A stretch of DNA of 64,000 bases from Octopus vulgaris. Lineage: Eukaryota. Each line of letters starts with the position of its first letter. Within the stretch, counting starts at the first letter, position 1. Made by a program: the position numbers and the translations under genes. Shown in pieces: positions 1 to 12,199 of the stretch. The stretch is taken from contig OX597838.1 of assembly GCA_951406725.2 (NCBI GenBank), forward strand, positions 40,300,001 to 40,364,000, in the 5' to 3' direction. Under the pieces are notes generated by a model. The model was not told the origin of the DNA. It did no database searches and saw only the letters and a list, made by a program, of their open reading frames with translations.

Positions 1-171
1 AAGTTGTGGTGAAAGAGTACAGCAGAGATCACCACCATCCCCTGTCGGAGCCTCGTGGAGCTTTTAGATGTTTTCGCTCAATAAACACTCACAACGCCCG
101 GTTTGGGAATCGAAACCGCGATCCTATGACCGCGAGTCTGCTGCCCTAACCACTGGGCCATTGCGCCTCCA
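1..171 (-). mobile_element. tRNA-derived SINE family A, head and body (cut by window edge)
   Basis: Reverse strand reads GGAGGCGCAATGGCCCAGTGGTTAGGG...GGTTTCGATTCCC (Pol III A and B boxes). Near-identical to 31371-31535. Confidence 0.85.
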
Positions 172-217
172 CGGTATTTGAATACTGTTTTTTTCCACCT
201 TGTTTTGCATTTGTGTA

Positions 218-327
218 GGGCGGCGAGCTGGCAGAATCGTTAGCACGCTGGGCAAAATGATCACAGGCATTTCGTCCGTCCTTACGTTCTGATTTCAAAT
301 TCCGTCAAGGTCGACTTGACTTTCATT
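218..327 (+). mobile_element. tRNA-derived SINE family B, 5' part
   Basis: GGCGGCGAGCTGGCAGAATCGTTAGCACG...TTCAAATTCC. Same as the reverse of 27390-27504 and 14370-14484. Confidence 0.8.
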
Positions 328-329
328 TC

Positions 330-580
330 GGTTTCGATTTCCAGACCGGGCGTTGTGAGTGTTTATTGAGCGAAAACACCAAAAGCTCCACGAGGCAGAG
401 GGTGGTGGCGGTCCCTGCTGTACTCTTTCGCCACAACTTTCTCTCACTCTTTCTTTTGTGGGCTTGCTCGCTTAGCCAGCGGGGTGGCGTCATTGGAAGG
501 CTAAAACAATGCGAAGCGCATTGTGACCAGCGATGTGTAGCAACATCTGATAGTCTGGTCGGTCACAGTGATCACGGTGA
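330..580 (+). mobile_element. SINE family A, 5'-truncated, with an RTE-like 3' tail ending in (TA)n
   Basis: Body matches family A from the B box onward. Tail CTGGTCGGTCACAGTGATCACGGTGATATA resembles the 3' end of the RTE at 47213-47817. Confidence 0.8.
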
Positions 581-603
581 TATATATATATATATAATAT
601 AAA

Positions 604-1101
604 TATATGCATATATATGTTCATACCTACATATATATGTATATATATACATGCATATATGGGTACAGGACATCAAAAAATGTAGACAACATGAGAAACG
701 AGAACATAAAAAGCAAAAGCATAGAAAGCGAACTTTATTTCGAACAACGAAAGAAACAAACGAATAGAGAAATGAGACAGGCAACATGAAGAATATTCCC
801 TTCATCAGTTGTCCCCTGTTTTATCTACTCCGCGTTTCGAGTCCCTACCTTCGAAACGCTGAGTAGATAAAACAGGGGACAACTGATGAAGGGAATGTTC
901 TTCATGTTGCCTGTCTCATTTCTCTATTTGTTTGTTTCTTTCGTTGTTCGAAATAAAGTTCGCTTTCTATGCTTTTGCTTTTTATGTTTTCGTTTCTCAT
1001 GTTGTCTACATTTTTTTGATGTCCTGTACCCATATATGCATGTATATATATACATATATATGTAGGTATATACATATATGTATATATATATATATGCATA
1101 T
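604..1101. repeat. ~240-bp-arm inverted repeat (fold-back) with a ~10-nt spacer, probably PLE pLTR-derived
   Basis: 604-840 is the reverse complement of 851-1101, and mirrored ORFs 607..789 and 902..1099 give the same peptide. Flanked by TA repeats. Arms contain CGAAAC and CTGATGA motifs. Confidence 0.9.
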
Positions 1102-1228
1102 ATTTATATTTTATTTATATTTTATTTATATTATTATATGATCGAACGCCATGCATACATTTCCAAGTAAGTATGTGTACATATATATACATTATACACA
1201 CACACACACGCACACACATATATATATA

Positions 1229-1592
1229 TCCTTAAAAATCCTTTAAAATGTTTTAGCCCGAAGGCCGCGGCCATGCTGGGGCACCACCGCTGAATGAGCT
1301 ACACTAATATGTGAATCCACCTCTGATACGTGGCACTTGATCAACAAGGGAGTTCGATGCTGCTGCCCGCATCTGCGTCTCCTGTCGTGAGGTAGGTTCA
1401 TCTGGGACTCCCGACAAGAAGAGATCCAGTTTAGTTTTAAAGAAACCCACATCCACACCATGTAAGTCTCTCAGGCATTTAGGGAGGATGTTAAAGAGCT
1501 GTGGTCCTCTGAAACCCAAGCTGTTGCAGTATCTGGACCTGTATTTTGATGGTGATGTTGGAATCTTTGGCACCATGCAGTGGCGCCCCGTT
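1229..1592 (-). mobile_element. 3' fragment of a CR1/L2 (Jockey-group) LINE with 3' UTR and short tandem tail
   Basis: Peptide GPQLFNILPKCLRD...FKTKLDLFLSGVPDEP...SNSL resembles the ORF2 C-terminus of this group. It ends with a stem-loop and (TTTTAAGGA)-like repeats. Confidence 0.7.
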
Positions 1593-1949
1593 CATACACA
1601 CATACATACATACATACATACATACATACATACACACATACATACACACATACATACACACACACATACATACATACATACATACATACATACATACATA
1701 CATACATACATACATACAGTTATGTGTGTGCATATATCTCTGTAACGTTTGTATCAATTTGTGCATACAGAAATAAGAAGAGAAAATCATGTATTCTCAC
1801 ATCATATTAAATCTGTTCCTCTCCGAGACCCAGTTTTCTCTTGTTTTCTTTCATTTATATATTTAATTGATTTTTTATTTATTCACCCAAATTTTCATTT
1901 TTTCGCAGAATTTTTCGACACTATGATAATGGGAAGTTTGCCAATTAAT

Positions 1950-2432
1950 AATTCTCTCTAATTTAGGCACAAGGGCAGCAGTTTTGTGAGGAAGGGGTGG
2001 GTCGGTATCATCGATTGACTGGTTCTTTACTTTATCAATGCGTAAAGAAAAGTATATTTGATGTCGGCAGGATTTGAACTCACAACGTAATAAGCTGAGA
2101 CCGAAATATTTCTTATTTAGGCACAAGATCAGCGAATTTGAAGGGAGCGGGAAATCGGTATCATCGACCTTAGTACTTGATTGGTACTTTATTTTATCAA
2201 CACTGAAAGGATAAAAAGCAAAAATGACCGCAATGGAGTTTGAATTCGAAATTTAAGGAGTCAGGACAAATATAGCAAGCCGCTGTTTTGTGTCTTAACA
2301 ACGATTACAATAATAATTGTTAATAATTTTGGCACAAGACCAGTAATTTTAGTGGGAGAAAGTAAGTCGATTAGATCGACTTCAATCAGTACTTGACTGG
2401 TACTTATTTTATCGACTGCGAAAGGATGAAGG
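1950..2432 (-). mobile_element. Three degenerate SINE family B fragments in tandem
   Basis: Repeated TTAGGCACAAG...TCGA...ACTGGTACTT...GAAAGGAT(G/A)AA...TTTGAACTC blocks. Confidence 0.6.
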
Positions 2433-2929
2433 ACAATCATATCTTTCTAAAAATGCGGCCGTCACATATCTTTGTTTCTATGTCTAGTGTACCCTCGACA
2501 GAAATAGCCAATGTCTGGGTTTTTTTTAAAGAAGGGACAGTTACCTTCTTAGAAAAAAAAAAGAACCCAGATCAAATTAGATATTATTGTTCTGAGTACA
2601 CTATGAATAAAAAGAAAAATTGGTGATGGTCACGGTTAGAACAATTGTGATCATAAAACACTTCAATCGAGACCATATTTGATTTGAACCACGACGAAAA
2701 GATCCGACTAGAACCCTATAAGTATCATTCATTGCCACCTACGTGATGAAGTACCTGATATTCTATGTCCTTCGTTTTGTGATTCTACTCTGTATCACCT
2801 TCATAGGGCATGAATGTGTGTTTGTATGTATGTATGTATGTATATACATATATCTGCATATAAAAATTGTTGTAGTCAGCTAAACACAGAAGCATACACC
2901 AACACACATATTTCCTATTTACCTAGACG

Positions 2930-3160
2930 ACAACCTGTTCCAAGTGACACACCAGGGACCAGTCTAAACAACCTGTTCCAAGTGACACACCAGGGACCAG
3001 TCTAAACAACCTGTTCCAAGTGACACACCAGGGACCAGTCTAAACAACCTGTTCCAAGTGACACACCAGGGACCAGTCTAAACAACCTGTTCCAAGTGAC
3101 ACACCAGGGACCAGTCTAAACAACCTGTTCCAAGTGACACACCAGGGGCCAGTCCAAACA
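2930..3160. repeat. 38-bp minisatellite, 6 near-identical copies
   Basis: Unit ACAACCTGTTCCAAGTGACACACCAGGGACCAGTCTAA starts at 2930, 2968, 3006, 3044, 3082 and 3120. Confidence 0.95.
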
Positions 3161-3571
3161 CGACCTTCGTCCCTTCGATTCCAGCTATATTGATCTTTAT
3201 GTGATTCTATTGTTGTAAAATTTATATCAAATTTTATCAGCCTCGTTGGTTGCAGGTTTCTTTAGTGTAATACAGTTACCATGGAAACAGGGAAGCTGCT
3301 GACGACTTGGGCGGAATCACAAATATAAGCAATATATATTTTTTTCGAAAGTAATGATTTATCGATTTTTCTCGCATATGTTTACTTCTTTGGGTGATAA
3401 ACACTCATGCATATGAACAAAGAGACTTCTCATTCAAATGAAGATATATATATTATAATATGCATATCTATCTATTTATATACATACATACATACATACA
3501 TACATACATACATACACATATACCTGCGTATATATATATATATAAGTATATATATATATGTGTGTATATAA

Positions 3572-3602
<31 letters not shown>

Positions 3603-3606
<4 letters not shown>

Positions 3607-3738
3607 GGAGTAAACACATAAATGTGAAACAAGGTGGAAAAAAGAGTACTTCAAATACCAGTGGTAGAGTAATATGCAACGGCAACGAGAAACTCAGAGT
3701 AACAGATTTTGTTGAATTTTCTGCTGCTTAAAATAAAG

Positions 3739-3740
<2 letters not shown>
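3603..3740. mobile_element. Short pLTR-like insertion in (TA)n carrying the 3' half of a hammerhead
   Basis: ACG-GCAA-CGA-GAAAC-TCAGA-GTA at ~3679-3701. The left part resembles the reverse of 172-216 and 5856-5912. Confidence 0.45.
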
Positions 3741-3791
<51 letters not shown>

Positions 3792-3880
3792 CATAACAAT
3801 TCTTTTTCTTTTTTATTTACATGTCCATTGAAACAGTTTCAACTTTTGCCCCTGGTTCAAATATAATTGACCAATTGTAG

Positions 3881-3942
3881 AGATCGATGGACTTCGGTCT
3901 ATCTCATTGCGGACAAGAGGTGGTGTTCTCTGTACTATTCCA
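3881..3942 (+). CDS. Predicted coding exon 1 (phase 1>0) of an unidentified host gene: xIDGLRSISLRTRGGVLCTIP
   Basis: ttgtag acceptor and consensus gtaagt donor in unique sequence. Phase matches the next exon. Confidence 0.55.
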
Positions 3943-4507
3943 GTAAGTAGACTATCATAAAAACCCTACGGCATTGTTTTGGATAAATATCAGTCAGAGA
4001 TTTTTACGAAAACATAGGTACTGCTCTTTTTATAGACATGTCAGCAATTTTCGTGTATTTTTTTTTTTTTTTGCTATCTTCTTTTCACAACTTTCAAAAC
4101 ATCCTGGTTCCCCTTTTATATGGAAACAATCAGAAAAAAATCCTTTCTCAAGACCATTGCTTGATTCTTCTTCTGCCTACCGACTTCGAAGCCCTATGAT
4201 GGTAGGTTGTATGATTTTAATATATTAGGCCTCCAGGCTTCTTCTCTAGGTCATGCTTTCTTTCCTATTCCCTCTTCCGTTTGCTTATTTTTTGGACACT
4301 TTTGCATTCACTCTGATGAAGCTCCATCTGCTAGTTCGAATATCCTATGAAGATGAAGAATATTCTTTCCGTAATTCTTTCGTAGGCACTGACTGATATC
4401 GGAAGCGGGGAAAGAATTGCTATGTCACATAAATGTTATGTTTTGTATTAAATAATTAGCTACACATGTAGTCCGATTGATTTGTTAATCTAAAGTTTTC
4501 TCCATTT

Positions 4508-4593
<86 letters not shown>

Positions 4594-4742
4594 TGTATGT
4601 ATGTATGTATGTATAAGAATCTTTACGTCGTATGACTCAGGTCCACACGACTTAAAGATTTCTAGGTGCAAAGGAAATGTCCATCTCATCAGATGCCACT
4701 AGCATCTGACAAGACGGGCTTGAGTCAAAATTTTTATTTATA

Positions 4743-4837
<95 letters not shown>

Positions 4838-4860
4838 GTATGTATATATATATACAAGCC

Positions 4861-4990
4861 TGCTTAGCAATCTCATGGTTCAGGGTTCAGTTCCACTGCC
4901 ACACACATAGGGCCTGTGTTTCTACTGTAGTCCTGGTCCGATTAATGCCTGGCAATTTGGTATACTGAAACAGTGTGGAAACCTGATGTA
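4861..4990 (+). mobile_element. Diverged SINE family C fragment
   Basis: CATGGTTCAGGGTTCAGTTCCACTGC...GTGTTTCTACTGTAG...TTTGGTATACTGAAAC. Confidence 0.6.
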
Positions 4991-5001
4991 TATTATATTT
5001 G

Positions 5002-5058
<57 letters not shown>

Positions 5059-6360
5059 CAGTGTTAGTTGCTCCCTGTCGCTCTTGACCTTCTGTTCAAT
5101 GCAGTTCGATCTTGGAACAGTAGTAATATTCACTGAAGCACAACGGAGGACAGTTGTACAGTTTCAGGACGATCCATGTCTGTGTGGGCTAGCACTCTAT
5201 AAAATTGATCATTATATCTTAAAAAGAGTAGAGCCAGATTTTTTTAATTACCATACGCTTTTATACAAATTCGTAATTAACTTCTTGGAATATTTGATAG
5301 AATGCCCGTGTAAATTTCATTTTGAAGCTGTTTTAGGAAGGACTAATATCAGTTTTTTTTCTATGGAGAGGTTTTATGAGTCTTTATCCAATATGCAACT
5401 CCTTTTATCAGATAATTACCATCCGGGGTCTTTGAAATTGCATTAAGATCCGTAATCCTATTGAGATACGTAATCCTAAGTTGGGCTTTTAGTAACCTCA
5501 TTTTATTTTCTGCGATAATTTTTTATTTCTTGCTTCCACTTTAATTCTACAGTAATAATTTGCAACGCCTTATTTTTGATAAAATCTTTCTTACTGTTTC
5601 TGATATCAAATTTTCGATATCCTTATTTTTGATTTGATTCAGCTTAGTGTTTATATGTTTTTCCATAACTATTTATCACTTTTACCCAACAGAAACCCGT
5701 TATTTTGAAAAGTAGTTGACCACTCAACCATAAATATTTATTCCAAGTGTTTGTGATCATGAATACTTACGAATACTTATAAACTATTGTGTTCTTCCGT
5801 ATACACAAGGCTGTCTGAGGAATAAGTCTTTTCAGCTTCAATAAAATAATATTTTACTCTACTTTTGGTATTCGAATATTATTTCTTCCACTTTGCTTGG
5901 CACCTATGTACTCATTGTAACAGTGTACAATATAGGTAACGCATACCATTACTAAAACACCTATAAAATATGTAGAAATAGTTACTTCTTTCATTTTTCC
6001 ATCTAGCCTGAACACTGTGCTTATAATTACGGAACTTGAAACTACAAAGCTCGTAAAATAGCTTTAATCACACCAAAATTAATTTTTAAAAATAGTTATG
6101 CCGCAGCTTAATAACAATTACATTTAATGAACCAAATCTTTATCTGTAGTGTCATACGCCACAACAATTCAGATAGATTTGGGAGAATATTGCCGCGAGA
6201 ATATGCCACGAAGGAAATGCATTTAATTTCTAAACAGACACTTTTGGATCTGTTGGGAAACTGCGTCTTCGCGAGGATTTTATTTGTTAACTATAATTGA
6301 AACTATTTTTCGGTCATGTAGTCTTGAGCAGTTCTCCAAAAGACAGAGGCTCATATCGTT

Positions 6361-6850
6361 TTCAGGGTTCTTAGAATGGTAAACGGAAATGAACTGTTTA
6401 CTCCCAAAGCCACCCAAGGACCAAGTGATGCTTATTTCGTGATATATTACTATCGAAATGCATTCACTGCCTTCGTTTCATTTGAAAAAAATATGGAGAA
6501 TTTATAGAAATAACTATTATTAAACTAGTAGTTGGAATCTAAATTAACATGGAATTCTGATGGATGGTTTTAATTCAGATCACCTTAAGACATAGATACC
6601 ATAGGTGGTCTCAGATAGGTTGGTATAAAATGTGTCAAGTTGGCCATGATGAATATAAAACCTTCATGGCACTCTGTCCAACGCTCTACCAATGATGCTA
6701 GACTGTCGCCTACAGACTTGTACTTACTTAGTACAACTCGAAAATATAAAAGGCAAATTTTCAGGGTTCTTAGAATGGTAAACAGGAATGAACTGTTTAC
6801 TCCCAAAGCCACCCAAGGACCAAGTGATGCCTATCTAGACGATATATATC
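6361..6850 (+). repeat. ~75-bp dispersed direct duplication (6361-6430 and 6760-6830)
   Basis: TTCAGGGTTCTTAGAATGGTAAAC...GGACCAAGTGATGC occurs twice. Confidence 0.85.
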
Positions 6851-7835
6851 TGTCGATTTGAACTCGGGACATTGGAAACTAACGTAAATTCTGCAAGACA
6901 TTTCATCCTATAATCTCACGATTCTGCCAGTTCTCCCCACTGCTGACATACAGATTAAATTTCTTTTCTACTCGAGGCACATGGTCCGACACACAGAATA
7001 TATTTGTTTGCCAAATGTCTAATTTGTAATACATATGACTGACAATGTGCATAGTTTGCAAAACAAATGGCTCACGATATATAAGAGTATGACACATAAT
7101 TGACGATATGTTTCTAAAACAAATGACATACCATACATATATAAGTGTATAAAACATATGACTGACATCTTTGTAAAACAAACGGTAGACGATACTTAAG
7201 TTTGCAACATAAATCATGCAATGATTTTTTAAAAAATATTTTCTATAAATAAAAAAACAAGATTAAGAAATAATCATTCTCAGTGTAGCTTATTGCTGGT
7301 GCTTCTGCGTGTGGTATCCACGATTTTTACATTGTCAAATTTCCCCTTGCCTTAAATATCAATCTTGTTAAAGAAACTTCGTTGCAGTAGAGACGGCATA
7401 CGACATTTACATAAATCTCCGATATGGTTTCCTAATGTTTCTTGGTTCCACTGTAAACTCTGGCATTAACTTTTGTGCGGAGAACGATTATTACATATCA
7501 AATGTAAAATGTTAGATTTGATTGATACAGGTTTCATTATTCTTACAAAACTCGACATTAGGAAATTAATTTTGGCAGTTTCGGACATGACTAAATCTTT
7601 CAGGATCAATAACGATGGGTTTCATGTAATGGAAATTGAATATATATGGTTTGGGAATACTATTGGTGACTTAAATCTCCATCCATAAGTCCTTGTCAAA
7701 CGCCAGCAATCTCCAATCATTGTAGGAGATATATTTAATTGTATCAAATTTATTCGGCAATGAAAATATTTCATTTATTAGAATTTTATATTCTGAATAA
7801 GACGCTGCTGCACACACGCGCAACAAAACACACAC

Positions 7836-7871
<36 letters not shown>

Positions 7872-8173
7872 GCACGCACATGTATATCTACTGAAAGAGA
7901 AGTAAACTTAGGAGACACTTCCCAAGAGACTGTTTTCGTTTGCCATATTGATTCTCCGGCATTGTCATGTGTCTATTTCATATTTAATCAATGGAGATTC
8001 TGAAACCAGTGAGAGGGTTTAGCCGCAGAAATCTACGGTCGTTGCAAACCCAGTCATTGTTCAGACTACTCGTAACATATGTAGATGGCGCAACTGTAGG
8101 GGATGTCGTTTATTTTACTTTCTTTACAAACGCACGTCCTCAGACAAACATACGCTTACACACATATATGCAA

Positions 8174-8254
<81 letters not shown>

Positions 8255-8292
8255 TATATGTTTGTATGCATGTATATATATATATATATTCA

Positions 8293-8337
<45 letters not shown>

Positions 8338-8382
8338 ATATATATATATTCATATATATATATATGTATATAAAATATATAT

Positions 8383-8451
<69 letters not shown>

Positions 8452-8594
8452 TGCACACGCACACACTAACATATGTATAGTATACATTTACCCATGCCTA
8501 TATGTATGTATGTATAAGTATACCAATATCTTCTCTCTCCCTTTCTTCCCTCTCTATCAGTATATTTCTCCCTACCTCTTCCTCTCCTCTCTGT

Positions 8595-8645
<51 letters not shown>

Positions 8646-8736
8646 GTACACGAAATAAATATGGAATAACAAATATTTATCGCCGTTTATGTCGCGAGTC
8701 ACGCCTCCACGCATGAGTGATTGTTTGCCTTGTCAG

Positions 8737-8894
8737 CTAAGCATAGAAAAGAGAGTGACACCGTCAACTGCAAAATGCAGAGCTGTTGGTGACACCGTAA
8801 AGGAATTGCTATATAAATCGCTTAGAAAGGGACAACAGATCGACATGTCACTTCGTGTATATCAACGAGAAATACTATCACCAGTCCTAGAGAG
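8737..8894 (+). CDS. Predicted coding exon 2 (phase 0>2): LSIEKRVTPSTAKCRAVGDTVKELLYKSLRKGQQIDMSLRVYQREILSPVLE
   Basis: tttgccttgtcag acceptor, AG|gtgagg donor, 158 nt open frame (within ORF 8689..8898). Confidence 0.65.
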
Positions 8895-8911
8895 GTGAGG
8901 CAAAATATGTT

Positions 8912-9735
8912 AAGAGCTGGCAGATCGTTACAGACTTGAGCACCCGAGCGTCCCACTATGGGCCTGGATGAATGGCGACGGGAAGCTCAATTCTTACTTA
9001 GACAGGTTAGTTATAAGGATTAGAGATAAGTCAAACTTTAGCTGTCCACAGTTTGTTCAAGTCGCCTACACTAACCATAAAATGGTTAAGTATAGGCTGA
9101 ACATAGATAGTGCCTATAGACAGGGATCCGGCTAGTGGAAGCCGAACAAGTCTATTTTGGCTAATGAGGCATACCGTAACCGGATTAAGGAGTTAGTGAA
9201 AAGGACGTTAACCAGCACCGTGGTGAATAACCGGTAGTGGTTTGCCCTAAACAGAGCCATACGTTTTGAGTCGATTAGATTTAGCCATCAGCTAAATTTA
9301 GATAAGGCTAGGATACAAGAGGCGTTGAGATTGGACTCTACGTCCGAAATTTTGGCAGCGAGAACGGCCTTGGGCCGTTACCTCAAAGTCAAACATGTGG
9401 GATGCAGGGTTCGGGCTAAAGTACGGGCATTGGGCCACAAGGGAATTAATGTTGTCTGGTGGGCCCGTACAGACAGCGTAGCAACGATGCCATAATCAGG
9501 TCTTTGATTAACGAAAATGGACGTTTGGTCAAAAGGATAGGAGGTGTGTGAGGTACTTTGCAGCACTTCGCCGTGTAGTTCGGGAGGGGCGGGACGCTAG
9601 ACCATGGTGGAGCTCTATGAGACTACCTGGCTGGTGGCCCGCGTCTCTCGGCACGAGAAGCTGAGTGCTGTGAGGGGCCGACTACAGCTGCGGAGGTGAT
9701 TGAGGCGCTATCCGTGTGCCTCGGGCACAAGTTGC
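8912..9735 (+). mobile_element. Decayed Tx1/L1-clade ORF2 fragment (APE C-terminus and linker)
   Basis: Translates to SYLDRLV...YTNHKMV...GSG*WKPNKSIL, matching the APE SRLDR, SDH and GYWKLN motifs. Multiple stops. Confidence 0.75.
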
Positions 9736-9849
9736 TGTTAGGTGTAGTGTACAGAAACTGAATATTGAGAAACAAAGTCGTCAGAATTTTGGAAAAAAAA
9801 ATCTTTTTATTTCTTCATTATTATTAGGGCTTTCGTTCGTTTCTCGAAC

Positions 9850-10330
9850 CATCACATTTACTAAAAATTTCGTATCTGAGCATAACCCTTTGTCATTTCT
9901 CTTCTTAGAATTCTTGTTCTTCGATAAAGTTTTTTCTCACCAGAGAAGAACAAATAAATGTCCTTTTCGTGAGGATTTTTAACCTTGTTAAGTAAACGCT
10001 TGGCACGAATCAAAAGTTTTCCTGTGTCTTTACAGACATCAGTTGATCTCTCTTCCGTACATACAACTTGTATCGAATGTCCTCATGGATCACAGTTGCG
10101 ATAGTTCACTTCGACGCCTGAAGTTCTTTGGCGATTTTCCGGGATCGCAATCGATAATATTTTGGATCTGTAGGATGAATTAATTGTATGTCCATATAAG
10201 GTCTGAACGTTTAGAATGACTTCTCTCTTTGATAATAAAACATTCCTACCAGAGGCTTCTAGTTCTATCAACACCCCATGAACAAAAGCTCTTGTAACAT
10301 TTAGTAAGTTGGCAATTTTTAAATCGTTAT
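9850..10330 (-). mobile_element. Decayed IS630-Tc1-mariner transposase fragment
   Basis: Across frameshifts: DIRYKSYVRKRGQLMS...RAKRLLNKVKNPHEKDIYLFFSGEK (first-Asp motif FSDEK). Confidence 0.65.
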
Positions 10331-10451
10331 GTTCTACAGATATGGGAACAATGACTGCATGCAGCTACACACATACATACAGAAAGACATTTATAGACAA
10401 GCATACACGCGGTGATATGGTACATTTATACACACACACACATTCTCTTAA

Positions 10452-10633
<182 letters not shown>

Positions 10634-10782
10634 GGGTACACACTTAACGATATATATATATGCATCATATTAGGTCAGTTATTTTGATTCGTTTATCAAT
10701 AATCAATCAATAAACACGTCTCCGATACCGGAGGTAGACTTTATCATATTCTGCCCTGGTATTATCTCTCACTCACTCAATC

Positions 10783-10830
<48 letters not shown>

Positions 10831-10947
10831 TTCTTTCTGCATCTCTCTATCCACCTACCTACCTATATAACTATTTACCGCCAGCCCTATCAACCTAACA
10901 ACGAACACACATATATACCAAGCTATCTATCTATCTAGCTGTGTGTA

Positions 10948-10979
<32 letters not shown>

Positions 10980-11708
10980 TGCGTGTGTGTGTGTGTGCGT
11001 GTATGTATACACACACGTATCCAAATGTTTCTGATGTACAACGGTGTTCGATTACATAAGCCAATCCACATATCACGAAACATGGACGCCACAATGAGCG
11101 AAGTTAAATAAACAGTGTTTTATCTGTCCATGGACAGGAAGTGAAGCATGATGTTTCCAGCCGACTGCAAACTCCATTTCGATGATGTGACGGTGGCGAG
11201 CTGTCTATGTGTCTATGAATAATTAGAAAGGTTGTTGTTTCTTTGCCTGGGGTCAGCCCTAATGGAGAAAAACCTATCTATCACAGACTTGTATATCCCG
11301 CAGTCCTGCTACGTGCAGGGATAAAACAATACCAGATTATTCAGCATGTTCCTAAATGTAAAAGGGAAAACAAAATGGCAAAACACAACAGGATGTGATA
11401 TTAGAGGGATTTGACTGATACCTCTAGTATACCAAACAACCACGTAGGAGCCTCTCGTTGTCCCGTCTTTGTGACGTCCAATACATTTACAGTTTTATTT
11501 ATTTAATTCGACCACGCACACGCCGACAGAAGCAAAACGGGTGGAAGAGACCATAAAGGACTGTTTCATGGTCACTTGACCGCTCTTGAGAATGTACAAA
11601 TCAAATTTTCTTCCCTGGTCGATAGCTTAGAATATTCAGCTCTTTTTATAAAGCAGTATGTAATTAAGCGATTACCATATATTTGTACATTCGATGCTTC
11701 CTTTATAG

Positions 11709-11760
<52 letters not shown>

Positions 11761-11893
11761 TTATAAATATATATATATATATATAAATATATATATATAC
11801 TTAAATATATATATATAAATATATAAATATATATATATACTTATATATATATATATATGTATATATATATAAATATATATATATAAATATATA

Positions 11894-12053
<160 letters not shown>

Positions 12054-12199
12054 TTATATATATAGTTCTTTTCATGAACTCTTCCGCTAGATATATATAT
12101 ATATATATATATATAAAGAGAGAGATAGAGAGAGAGATGGTGAGTGTTTTGGAAATTCCTTGATACAGTTATGATATTTGGAGAGAACATTTTTTTTCT

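Noticed and set aside
2930-3160. CRISPR-like regular repeat
   Set aside because: Units are contiguous with no unique spacers, there are no cas genes, and the context is eukaryotic.
4305-4350. CTGATGA...GAAT hammerhead-like motif
   Set aside because: GAAA core is broken and the stems are unconvincing.
5060-7790. Possible ancient PLE RT remnants on the minus strand (KTHK, INFL)
   Set aside because: Too decayed, and motif order is not colinear, so boundaries cannot be supported.
11040-11230. Unique, exon-like sequence on the minus strand
   Set aside because: Stops in all three frames between the candidate splice sites.
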